This document shows positions 14,354-29,353 of a DNA stretch of 64,000 nucleotides, piece by piece. Below the pieces are notes generated by a model, which saw only the letters and a program-made list of their open reading frames with translations, did not search any database and was not told the origin of the DNA. This stretch comes from the human T2T-CHM13v2.0 reference genome, Homo sapiens. A program made the position numbers and the translations under genes. The DNA is taken from the NCBI RefSeq assembly GCF_009914755.1, contig NC_060942.1; one strand, 5' to 3'. Every line of letters begins with the position of its first letter. The stretch's first letter is position 1.

Positions 14354-16302
14354 TGATTAATCAACATCTGAAAAGAGAATATCGGTTTTGGAAAATTCAA
14401 GTAAAAAGAAGTTATATAAAAGTTACTTATAAAAGTATATTTTTTTTGCATAAGGTTTTCCCATATATGATAACTATAAAACAGTTCTTCATTTTCCAAG
14501 ATCTATGCTAAGAGAAACAGCAGTCAGAAAAGCAACTCTCTTTATTTTATTAATTAATTATGTATTAATATAAGATAAAATAGAATTCATGGCAAGGAGC
14601 CTTAAACAGGGCTAAAAGAAGCATTTCCATATGGATAAAAAGGTTGGATCCACAAAGATATAATAATCATAAACGTAAACAAGAAAGAGCTCTTTAATTA
14701 TATGAAGTAAAAACAATACGTATAAGAAGTTAAAAGTCGTGTTGAGAGAATTTAATACATGCCTCTCAGAAATCTATCATATTCTATTAAAAAATAAAAA
14801 AGTGAGTATTAATTCATTATTTCTCAGATTTTAGTGGACATAAGAATCATCAGAAACTGGCCCCATCTCAAAAGCTGGTGCTGTCTTAAGGCAACCTTTA
14901 TTTTCATCTCTACTCAACTGAGATTTGCTTCTTTGGAGCCCCTAGTAACTTATGAGAAATGTGATTTTTCAATCAGAGATAATCTAAGCAAATGTAGGAG
15001 ACAGAGTAAATAATTATTTTTGTCTATTCAAGATATTTACATGTTCACTATTATATATAATTCTATAACTATGAAATAAATATTTGACTTATTTCCTTAG
15101 AATTGATTTTTAGAAATGGGAAAATATAAATTTAAAAGCTAAAACTTTATATAAAGATATACATGTGTGTGTGTGTGTGTATTCAAATATTTAACTAAAA
15201 TATTTATTGAAAAACCCAAATTATTGAGAAATCTGTGGTCTGGATTGGAATCTTTCTTTGGGAAAATTAAATATTAATATAACCAACTTTTCATAGGAAA
15301 TAATAATATGCACATCAAAATGATAAATGTAATTATCTTAAGTTCTGCTCGGTGATCGATTTGCTATTCAAAATGCTTTATAATTTCCTTTAATGATTTC
15401 AAGCACAACTAACCAAATCTCCGACTTCCCAGGGCAGTGCCCTCTCCCACAGTTCCCAAGAAACATTTGTCAGCGTCGTCTCAGGAAAACTACACAGCCA
15501 TCACCGCATTCTAAGGTAGAATTACCTCTAATAATAGTCCCATTATATTAGTGCTTACTCTTTCACAATGTACGATAATGACACTATTCTGAAATCCCTT
15601 ACTGCAAGAAAAGTTTGTCTCTGACATTGTAATAGGTCCAAAAGGATGGGTCTGGTTGTCTGAATTGTCTCGAAGGAGAGGTGGAAGAGACAATGAGAGC
15701 CTTCTTACTTGCAGCCTGTCATTATGATTTTCTAACTCTGTTCAAATACCCATTCATCATTACAGAGAGAATTTCAACTTTGTTAATTCAAAGTTCCCAT
15801 TGTTCCTAAGTATATTGCAGCCCCCTCAGAGCTGTACTTCAAGAGAGGAGTTTCAGTTAGACTTATGGTCACTTTCCCCACTGAAAAGTACTTTTAAAAT
15901 ACAGAATATAATGAATGTGCTCATATATGTGTGTCTAAATTTTAATTATCTCTTGGTTCCTGTGGCTGCCTTGTAGAGGCTGAGGACATATGCTGTGTGT
16001 GTCTGTGTTGGAGGCCGCAGTACTGCTAATGGTGAATATTAAACAGGTAGCATCGGTTCTGTGTAGATGTTAAGCAGTATAAAGCAAAAACTTGGAGTCT
16101 ATGTTTTTCTGAAGACTTTCTCTTAGAAGAATTACTTTAAGGAGCCCAGATAATTTAGGGGCACAAAAAAAGACCTTCGCTGCATTTTTAGTTGAAATCT
16201 GACTTCACTGGTAATGATGAAACTTTTTTTTTTTTCATAGATTGAGATTGGCTTCTCTTAGATGTGATGTGTCCTAAATAGTCAATGTATCAGTCCTATT
16301 AG

Positions 16303-17000
<698 letters not shown>

Positions 17001-20000
17001 TCATGGACACACACCAAGGAGATTAAGATGGGATGGGAAAGAGGAGAAGTATAAACTGTGGAAAGAAAAGAGCTTAGAAAAACGGGATGACATCAGCCTG
17101 CTTACTAGGCTTCCTCCCTTACATCTGTGCTGTTACCTGTAGAAGTCTGAGTAACCAGGCTCTTAACTCATAACCAATTTTTTGAAAAAGAGCAGGGCTT
17201 CGTAAATCCCAGTTTCTCATGCAAAATAGACTCTAAGGTAAAAATCTACGCAAGCCCTAGCACACACAGCTGTTTATCTAAGAGGAAAATGGAATTAGGA
17301 GTTCACACTTTAGTAAGAAGAGAACTAAGATATTAAAATGCTCTATCAACAGCACGTTCTTCCAGAGAGTACATGAATTCATTTTAATCTTCTGGCTTTA
17401 CATTTTCAAATCAGGGAAGTCACCTTCAGGCAGTGCTATCGGAGGATAATGAAGGGGGAAAAAAGAGGTAGAAGCATATCTAAGAGTTCTGATAAAAGTG
17501 GTTTAATGCATAAATCAAAGTGACCTTATTTTAATGTTAGGCAGAAATAAATAAGCAGAGGTTCTTTACCTACAAAAAACTAAGTGGATAGAAACTTGAT
17601 TAATTTCCAATGAATGTTTTTTAAAAAATAAATTAGCTGCTCAATAAGAAATAGAAAAAAATTTGACACTGATAGGAGAAGATATTTAGATATCATCACC
17701 CTATTTTGGAGATCCTTAGTCAAATGAGTCAATGAAAGTCAGATTATTCATAGTAAAGCTTTGTTTAGCTAACTATTTAAACTCTGATAATTTAAATACC
17801 ACAAACAACCAATTAAGACTTTTTAAAATAGATAAAATGAAAATAAAAGGAATGAAACAAGGTCAATATTTTCAACAAAAAGCATGAAGTGAAGATGAAG
17901 ACATTGGAGAACATTCTTCATAGCCTATATATGAGCAGATAACCTTATTCATAGGGATAGATGGTTTTGAAGAAAATAAGTGAAATTCATCTTTCTCCAC
18001 AATACTTTATAAAGCTTGACATACTCAAGACATATGCATACAGTAGATGAAAATGTTTTATGTAGAATAAAGACCAATAAACTAGGAGGCGATATAAATG
18101 GATTCTAGACTTAGTTCTACTAACTACCTAAACTTGGGTAAGTATATTCATGTCTTTGTGCATCAGTAAATTTTTTTGGCATAGATTATTGGATGGATAT
18201 ATTATTTCTTAGGTTCTACCTCTCATACTCTAGCTAGACACACTATTTTGATTATACATCATCTAAGGGCTTGAAGGAGTGCAGCAAGGTTCTCTCACTT
18301 AAATTTTCATAAAAATGAAAATTTTTAGAAGGAAATGAGGGAGGGAGAATCTATTATTGCAGAAATAATTGTTTTATATTTCTAGATTTTCTGTAATTTC
18401 AGCATGACCCCTAGAAACTCATTTTAATGTTAATCTTAAATTTGGAAGGCAAATCAATTGCCAAAAGCTTAACAATGTTAATATAAAGAATTTAAAAATC
18501 GTTCAGCCACTTATGTCATCATGCCAACTGCCTTTTCTACCCAGGTCCAATGAGTTTTTGTTGCTGTTTTTGTTGTTGTTAACATTTTATTTATGGTGTC
18601 AAATCATAGCTCATCTACGATCATACAGTTTAACCAATACCGTAAACTCCTAAATGAACAAACACAACATGCAGTTTTCTGAAGACCTCAGATAAAGACC
18701 GATTGTAATCTCAAACTTGTTCTTTCTTGTCCCAAAAATGTAAATGTAAGTTTTCACTGGAGAATGAATACATCTCATACTGGAATACAGTCAGCACTCA
18801 GAAAGTGTTTACTGAAGAAATGGATGAATCACCATGCCTAACACACACAGGACAAATCAGAATATTAAAACTTCCAGATTCTAGTAAAGAAACTTTGTTT
18901 CTTGCTTGCAACACTTTCCTTTTTCCATTAATCTAAACTTTTGAAGGTCAAAGCTTTTGTCTCATTAGTTTTCTTGACAGTAAAATGACTTATGCCTTTT
19001 CTACTTTAGAACCACTGAAATTCACCAATAGGATTTTCCTCTTGTTTACTTCATGGGGGCAGCCACTTGACATTAAAATGCTTTTTTAGCATCATTACAT
19101 TTTTTAAGAAATCAGTGGCAACAGTTTCTCCAGATATGCATTCTTATTTCAATGCTATCTTGTGCTGGTGAGTAACAGCAAGAAATCTTCAAACACTTTA
19201 ATACGATAGCTAGTTCTATTCTTCTGAGTTGTGACTGGGTCAACCTTTCTCTACAGTGTAAAAAGAAATAGGGAGAAAGCAAATATAACACTTTCTCTTT
19301 CTTTTCTTAGACCCAACAAAATTTTAAAAAATCATGCAACCAACTGGAAGAGAAATAAATGGTATATCCAATAACTAGAGAATATTTTAGCTACTGTACC
19401 CCATTTGAAAGCACCCATATTTCCCTACAGCTACATTTACATAGGAAAAATGTGGTTGGGTCCCAATTAGTTTGATTATTTAAGTCACAGGTGCACTGTG
19501 CCTAAAATATGGATGGTCAACATTTAGTGACAAGACCTCATTGAACAAAACTTAGAGACAGCTGGTTTTGTCTGGCATTATTAGGCTAGAAAACAACAAC
19601 AGGCAGAGAATGCTATTTAATTATCTAGAGCGTAAGTATTAATAATAACAATAAGTGAGACAACAATACATTCAACTTTGGTATTTCTTTCCAACAAGGC
19701 AAGCACTGTTTCTCGTTATAGAGTTGTTCTTTGTTCACTTGTATTTAAATACGACATGAGTTTATTGCTTTACAAGAGAAATGCTGATTATTTAAAGAAG
19801 AATCTAAAGTTGTTGTTGTTGTTTTATCAGAATCTGTTGTCTGAAATTGAATCATGGAGCTTATTGTCAGTCCTGGATCCGCTATAGCTCTAGGGCTCTT
19901 TTGCAGTTAACTCTTGGTCGCTCTCCCTCTCCCTCTCCCTTTCTCGCTCTCTGTCTGCCAATGCCTATTGCATTTCCTCAAAAATAAGTATACAACTCAT

Positions 20001-20459
20001 TGAAGTGAGGCCACACAGTTTGGAAATGCAGAAGAGAGAGCTGAAACTTCATTTATTGGTTCTCAGCTCAGTTTAGTTTCCTCCCAATGTGCTGTTTTTC
20101 TTTTCTCCTTAAAAACACACCATATATTTTATTTAAAAAAATTATATGCCATGGAAAGAGCTTATTGTAGCAAGTACATTTGATTAAATCTGGCATAAAC
20201 TTGCTAGAACTGAGTTAAACACAGGTAGAATAAAAGCTTCTTCTACCAAGGCATTCAAAACCTAATCCACACCTTTTAAGTACAGGAACTATATTTTTAT
20301 GTATGGAATTGACTAAAATTAGATATTGATAAGCAAAGTAGAGAAAAATAAATGAAAATCCCTAATGCAAAAGAATTACATTTTGGAAAATAAAGGGTTT
20401 GCATCCTATATTTGGAGGCAAACTAGCATTTAGGATCATTACTAAAGCCTAGGGTCTAG

Positions 20460-20855
<396 letters not shown>

Positions 20856-21275
20856 TAGTATTTATCACCATTTGTTATTATATGTTAAGTACTTGTTGGC
20901 TCAATGTTTGTTACTTCGCAAGGCTGAGCTCTACTAGAGCAGGGACCTGTTCTGCTCAGAGAAGGGTTCCAGTGTGCATCAGTCGAGTTAATTTATAAAT
21001 GAATGACCTTCACTCTATGCTACCCAAAGGGTCATGGTTAAACAATCAGATCTTGTCCTTTCAGTATTTTATCATCTAAATGCATAGTTAATATAAATAC
21101 ATTAAGGAAAGGAGATTCAACAAACAAGTAAAATACCCAGTGATTTTTTTGGTGACACCAATTTAAAAGGTGTTAACTCTAAGTAGAGAAGAGCCATACT
21201 TGAAATCAATTTTCACTTTCATGTTTAACTTCCTAAATCTTGAAGTGATACTAGGAGAAACAGCCATTTAGGAGT

Positions 21276-21723
21276 TGCTATTGTTTGGATATGGTTTGTT
21301 TGTCCCCACCAAACCTCCTACTGAAATTTGGTCCCCAGTGTCAGAGGTGGTGCTCAGTGGAAGGTGTCTGGGCCATGGGGGTGGAACCACATGAATAGAT
21401 TAATGCCCTCCTTGTGGCGGAGGGCAGGGGTGGGGAGCTGTGAGTGACTTCTCACTCTATTAGTTCCTATAAGAGTTGATTGTTAAAAGATCCTCCTGCC
21501 CGCCTGACCCACCCTGCTTCCTCTCTTGCTGTGTGATCTCTGCATATTACTGGCTTCTCTCCCCCTCTGCCACAAGCAGAAGCAGCCTGTGGCCATCACC
21601 AGATGCAGATGCCCAATCTTGAACTTTCCCAGATATTAGAATTATGGGTAAAATAAACTGTTTTAAAAATAAATTACCTAGCCTCAGGGATTCCTTTATA
21701 GCAACACCAGATGGATTAAGACA
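21276..21723 (+). mobile_element. MaLR solo LTR (MSTB-like)
   Basis: tgctattgtttggatatgg...attaagaCA; perfect 5-bp TSD GGAGT; AATAAA near 21652. Confidence 0.9.
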
Positions 21724-23158
21724 GGAGTATACAGGCCCCAAATCCCTATGTAAATTTAAACAAACTATTAGGAAATCTTTGCATGTCATTTAAGCATTCT
21801 GTGAAGGAAGGCACTCGGTACTCAAGAGCTCTGAACCATAGAAAGTGCCAGTTTGCTTCATAGGAATTTAAACAGGCTGTGTAAATAGGCAGAATGCTGA
21901 AGCCTCTGGTGGAATATGGCCTAGACAATGGGGACCAGTCTGACTGCTGTGGAAAATGTCATGGGGTTTACAAGGTTAAGAGTTTTTTTCTATTCATTGT
22001 AAACGACAGATACTCCATGGGTAAAGGGGACCTCTTCTCAGGGAAATAAGTTACTAAAGCTTTAGAGTTTTAGCAGAGTTACAATGGGATCGAATCTTTA
22101 CTATCTTCATACATATCCTTCTAGAAAGATTATTCTGTACAACTGATAACAGTAACACTAAAATATTGAGAGACTTAAGCACCTACAATCAATAACTGAG
22201 ACAGGCAGGACCACATTGGAACAGCCAATGTGACTCAGAAAACCCTTGACACATTTTCAAGCTTTTGGAAGTTACACACATTTATATTTAAATAGAAATC
22301 ACCGAATAGATGGCCAAGTGTAAGACAAATGACCATAAAGCACACAGAGAATCTCCGGCGAGGGACCTAGGAATGGACGTTTTTAATAGCTCTCCATGGT
22401 TACTCTTGAAATGAGTGCTAACAAAGTGCAGAGCAGCTGAAAGAATCAATGTGAAATTAGGCACTAGACACTTCACACATCAGACAAAATTAAATCCTCA
22501 AAACCTCCATTGTTTAGATAAAAAATGAACAAAGAGGTTCCATAAACTCATATATCAGTGTGAGTGCTACAGTTTTACAAAACACTGGTCATCTATCTAA
22601 CTTACTCTGAAGTAACTTTACACGATCTGGAAACCTGGTATTCAATCATGTTTCTTGGGTGGGAGAATGCAGGTTTCAAGGGAGGAAGACGGGAGGTATG
22701 AATGGATATATCAATGAGTCCATGTTTCCTTGAAACTTGAGGATTCTTAAGTGAAACATGGTTTGCCAATCTCAGGCTTATAGCCCTGTGATAATGATAA
22801 AAAGACCACAGATTCAGTCCCCATTATGGACTAGTTAGCATTTTTTTTTCTATTTTATGGCCACAGTTTACATTCCCAAACTTTGACTGTTTTACAAATA
22901 GATACTCTTGTTCATAACCCTTAGATGAAGAAGTGTGGTTTGATGAAGAAAAAACCATTATCATTGGCAGAAGACACCTGAAGTCCAGCCCACGCTGGTG
23001 GTGGGTGATCAGAGCACGGACTTCCCACATAAATTTAAGGATAGCCCAGCATAGATGGGGCAGGCCTAAGCTGCTGGCCTCATTAGGCATATGCTGTCCA
23101 CTCAGCATCCATTGGCTTGTGGAGAGCTGGGGACAAGGAGAGACAGAAAAGCAATGTG

Positions 23159-23211
23159 AGCAATTCACCATTGCAAAGTGCCCATCAGCCAATGAGTAGA
23201 TAAAGAAAATG

Positions 23212-23258
<47 letters not shown>

Positions 23259-23637
23259 ATGGAATACTAGTCAGCATACAAAGAATAAAATAATATCTTT
23301 TTCAGCAATTTGGATGGAGTTGGAGGCTATTATTCTAAGCAAAGTAACTCAGGAATGGAAAACCAAATACCCTGTATTCTCACTTATAAGTAGGAGCTAA
23401 GCTATGGGTACACAAAGGCATAGCGAGTGGCATAATGGGCACTGGAGACTCAGAAGTGGGGAGGGTGGGAGAAGGTAAGAGATAAAAAACTACCTGTTGG
23501 GTACAGCGTACACTGCTTGGGTGACAGGTGCACCACAATCTCAGACTTCACCTCTATGCAGTTCATTCATGTGACCAAAAACCATGTGTACACCAAAAGC
23601 TATTGAAATTAAATATATATATATATATATATATAAA
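23159..23637 (+). mobile_element. Short L1 3' end (L1PB-like) containing (CA)22 at 23213-23256 and a (TA)n tail
   Basis: ORF2 C-terminus WMELEAIILSKVTQEWK plus L1PB-type 3' UTR; TSD agaaaagcaatgtg / agaaaatcagtgtg (12/14). Confidence 0.88.
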
Positions 23638-24805
23638 AGAAAATCAGTGTGTGTATGTGGAGGGTAAGTTCTTCCCATAGATACAACCCCAGTGACCACT
23701 TCAGGTTTGCTTTTCTCCAGATTCAGGATCTGGTGCTTGAGTTAAGGGGGAAAAATCCTGCTTACATCCTAGGAGTAGCAATAGACTTGCCTTGTCAAGG
23801 AGAGAGAAAAGAAGCAGAAAGCAAGCTCTTCCTTATACATTCGGGGTCTTACTAAATCACTCATCTTTCATCTATTCCCACATGATTAGATAGATGTTAT
23901 ATGGGTGTGGCTGTCTAACTTTAACATGGATAAGAATCACTAGCTTGTTAACAGTGAAATTTCTGGGTTTCATCCCAGAGTCTGACATCTAGCTTGATGA
24001 CGTCTAGTGAAAGAGCTATGTTCCTATTTACCAAGAATATGAAGTGAGGGAAGGAACAACAGATTCAGAGTTCTTTATGCCTAAAAATAGACATATTGCA
24101 GTGCTTTCCTTTATAAAATTTGCTTCTGGGGAACCATGATTTAATGTTAAATTTTATTTCACTGTGCTACACTATGGGTCTTAATGAAATTTTATCAGTG
24201 ATAACTAATAAATCATTTCTTAATGATAACGCTATCATTTTATTAATGATAAAGTTAAATATAAATTAAAGAAATGAGCAGGACCTTTTAGAATGTTTGT
24301 TTTTCTTATTTTCTGTTGGAGAAAATAAAAATATTTCACCCCAAAATATAGTTCTTTGACATATTTCAAAATGGCTATTCAGGAAGGGCTGGAAACATGA
24401 TAATAGCTGCAAAGCTCTCTGTTGGGCAGAGATCTGCATCTGTAGAGAATCTGCATTGATGCAGCCAGGCTTTCTCTGAGGCCTTGTTTGGATCTAGGAA
24501 AAGATTAACAGAGTCTGATACCTTTAAAGGTCTAAAAGAAACATTTACCATCTCTTCTTTCTGCGGGCTGCTCCCTGGGAAGTTTCATCTATAGAACAAG
24601 ACCCCCTTTGCTAGCCAGGCCTCCTCTTCTCTCCCTCCCATAACCTGTCTTGCCGCGATAACCCGATTTACTACTATAGGCTGTTTTTGCTCATCCTGTG
24701 AGCCACCATTCTTTCTGTAACCTCAAGGTGATATATAAGCTTCTGAGCCCCATGAGGGGAATTCATCACCCTGTTGTTCTCCCCGATGCATGTTAATAGA
24801 TTTGA

Positions 24806-25108
<303 letters not shown>

Positions 25109-25142
25109 GAATGCCTTTTCTTTTAAAAAATTAATCTGCCTT

Positions 25143-25253
25143 GGAGAATTGCTTGAACCCAGGCGGCGGAGGTTGTGGTGAGCCGAGATTGTGCCATTGC
25201 ACTCCAGCCTGGGCAAAAGGAGTGAAACTCCGTCTCAGGAAAAAAAAAAAAAA
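25143..25253 (+). mobile_element. 5'-truncated Alu (3' part of right arm) with its own TSD
   Basis: ggagaattgcttgaacc...A-tail; TSD taatctgcctt (25132-25142 / 25255-25265). Confidence 0.9.
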
Positions 25254-25368
25254 GTAATCTGCCTTTGTCAGTTGACCTTCCAACAAACCTTCAGAGGGGC
25301 CAAGTGAAAAAGAGGAATTTTCTTATACTTCTTACTCTGTTTGTATAAGACTCCTATAGTGTGCCTCC

Positions 25369-26643
<1,275 letters not shown>

Positions 26644-26762
26644 CTCCATTTTTGCAGATAGGGAAACTGAGGGACTGACAGGTTAAGTAAGTTGTGAAAT
26701 TCAGGCAACTGGTGTCAGAACAAGAAAGATTCCAGTTGAGGTCTGTCTGGCTTCTTTGCTAA

Positions 26763-26951
26763 GGCTGGCTTCATTGACGTGCCGCTGCTCAGTCACATGG
26801 GGCCCCATGTGTTTGCTGTAATGCACATGGACCCCAAGCTTGGTTTAATGCTCTGCTGTAGCTACCCTGAAATCCTTAACAATTTTTGAGTAAGGGTCCC
26901 CGCCTTTTCATTTTGCACGGGGCCTTGCTAGTTATGTAGCTCCCTTCACTG
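26763..26951 (+). mobile_element. hAT-type MITE (MER91-like)
   Basis: ttgagtaagggtcccc...ttttcattttgcacggggcc...ttatgtagc resembles recalled MER91 consensus. Confidence 0.55.
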
Positions 26952-27481
26952 CCATGGCCGTTTCAGGCTATGATCCCCCAAAGGTTTCAAACTCAAAAGT
27001 CAGAAATTCTGATCATTTCTGCTAATGAAGAGATAAATATACATGTGATTCCTACTATTGGTAGGGGGTAGAGTAGAAAGTTGTTCAAAGAAGGAACACC
27101 CCAATTATTCCACATAAGTGTTTGTAAGGATTAATGCACTAACAGGGATTTGATCTTATAAATTCTGCTGTTTTGGTTTTTGACCAAATGACTTTAATTT
27201 TGTTTTGTTTTGTAATATTTTGTTTTAATTTCTGCTGGTTACATTAGGGACAAAGCACTTCTACTTCATTCTCATCTTCCTCTTTCTATAAAAACAGTGT
27301 GTCTTTTTCTTTATTATAAAAGTAATGAATGTTTCCTGCAGAAAATATGAAAAAAATTACATGTAATTAACCAAGTAGAGAAAACATTTTGGTACATATC
27401 ATTTTAAAGTACATTTATATATGCGTCAGTATATATTTTTATTTCTACTGATATCTATCAACTCTCTAATTGGAATCATAG

Positions 27482-28176
27482 TGAAGCCATTCTTACATGG
27501 TTACCAAGAATTTGGACAGAAATATAATGAAGCATTAATCATGCTGTACTTTGATCCATTTCCTTGTTGCTGAAAGTTACTTCGTGAAACTAGAAAAGTT
27601 CCCTTTTCCTCCGTGCAGGGCATGTGATGGGGTGTGGCTTGCTTCTTTCGTGCCCTAGAGTTAAAATTCCTAGGGGGAGCATGCAGATGAGCAGGTCATG
27701 GGGAGCGTGGGCTCTGACCCCATGGTAGCATCTAGGGTTGAGTGTTGACAGCTCCCGAGGCCCCAGTAGGCAAGTGTTACAGGGTGCTCTTTCAGCTTGG
27801 CCGTCAGCAGGTGGCTTATGTTAATTAGCTCAATGAGACCCTCTGCCTTATCTCTAGGACAGAGGGCTTTCTGTTTCCCGGGGTTCTTGCCTTAGTGTAC
27901 TGGAAAAATCGGATCACACGGGGGCTTGGAGAATGAGTGCAAGGTTTTATTGAGTGGTGGAAGTAGCTCCAGAAGATGGATGGGAGCCAGAAGCGGGATG
28001 GAGTGGGAACAATCTCCCAAAACCCTTAAAAATCCTAGCCCCCAAACTCCTCAAAAAGATGGACTTGAGGTTTCCTCCCATCTCCTGTTTGAGCAGCCCT
28101 GTGATTAAACTTCCTTCTCTGCTGCAACCTGGTGTCTTAGCATAATGACTTGCAGCACGCAGTGGTTATAGTAGCA
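27482..28176 (+). mobile_element. ERV1 LTR (LTR26-like) in two pieces (27482-27582 and ~28010-28176)
   Basis: caagaatttggacagaaatata...aagcattaatca...ttccttgttgctgaaag 5' part; cccttaaaaatcctagcccc...gattaaactt 3' part. Confidence 0.55.
27585..28009 (-). mobile_element. ERV1 LTR 3' portion (MER61/MER52-like), nested and truncated
   Basis: GC-richer block ggatcacacg...gagaatgagtgcaaggttttattgagtgg; minus-strand AATAAA at 27946-27951. Confidence 0.7.
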
Positions 28177-28313
28177 TTCACGATTTGAATTTGAATCCTG
28201 TAGGTTTTTCTCTTTTAATTTAACTATACTAAGGATTTTCCTTATAGGAAAAATGATTGTTTACCATAACTCATTTAACAATCTTTCCATTGTTAAAAAT
28301 TTAGATTTGTTTT

Positions 28314-28823
28314 CGACAGGGCTCAGAACAAGGGCCAGATAATAGCCTCTTGGCATACTTAATATTTTAAGCTGAAAGAATTTGAGAAAAGCACAGAAGC
28401 AGGAAAGTCTCTCTGACCTTCTCCTACCCCTTTCTCTTTCTCTCCTATGACCCTCGTGTGAAAGGTGTCCACCCTATACCCACAGGACAGGAGCATCGTT
28501 ATCTCTAAGACTCAGGGACACAGAAGAATCTGCACAAACAGGCCTTGCTCAGTTCCCTCCAGTTTATTGCCATGAGATCATTCTCCCTTTGTCTAATCTT
28601 ACTTCTCCACGATTATCTACTTATTTACCAAACTTAGCATAAAAATACATGGGGTTACTTATTTCTTTGGGCTTTCATTTCCTGATAAAGACTCCCATGT
28701 CATGCAACACTTATTAAATATATTAGCATGCTTTTCTCCTATCAATCTGTCTTTGTCAGTTTGATTTTTAGACCCAGCCAAGGGACCCTAGGAAGAGTGA
28801 AGGAAAGCCTTTCCTCCCCTACA
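28314..28823 (+). mobile_element. ERV1 solo LTR (MER34/MER39-like)
   Basis: gggctcagaaca...aagctgaaagaatttgagaa...ttcctcccctaCA; flanked by tttt on both sides. Confidence 0.75.
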
Positions 28824-29309
28824 TTTTATTCTGTTTAAGTTTTGTTGTTTATGATTGACTCTAAATCAAAGAGAGCATGCTGCAAGGAGCAGGCATCGTC
28901 CAGGATGGTTAATGGGGAAGACATCACACACTCAAAACTGCAGACTGCAAGTCTATGAACCAGGGAGGTTTTCTGTACTTCTGTGGCATGAAAATAGAAT
29001 GGATTATTCTATATTATTTTATATATACCAAAAGAAAATGACCGAGGCAGGACAGGCAGTCTTGGTGCAACTGAATGGTAGAATTAAGTGGGTAAATAAA
29101 AAAGGTAAGGGGAAATACTATTTGCAGAATCTAATTGTCAGCCTTTTTAAAAAATCAGGAAGCTAATTATTTACTGCACAGACAAGTCACCAAGGCAGAA
29201 AAAAAATGTGGGTGGTCTTGGGGTTTGATTATTTCTACCAAGCAGTGATTATATGCATTAGCATCTGATTCACTTACATGCTAATATCTTCACTGAGGAA
29301 TCTGCTTCC

Positions 29310-29353
29310 TTTTCAGCAAAACCTGCTTAAGTTTTCAGCAAAACCTGCTTAAG
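29310..29353. repeat. Perfect 22-bp tandem duplication
   Basis: (ttttcagcaaaacctgcttaag)x2. Confidence 0.95.

Noticed and set aside
14023-14511. Longest ORF in the track (162 aa)
   Set aside because: Non-ATG start; reads through an antisense Alu, the tRNA retrocopy and AT-rich DNA; no recognisable protein.
22720-22761. Small bulged hairpin ccatgtttc...gaaacatgg
   Set aside because: A 9-bp stem plus an imperfect inner stem is within chance expectation.
26794-26811. Perfect 18-bp palindrome cacatggggccccatgtg
   Set aside because: Short and inside a MER91-like MITE; no independent sign of function.
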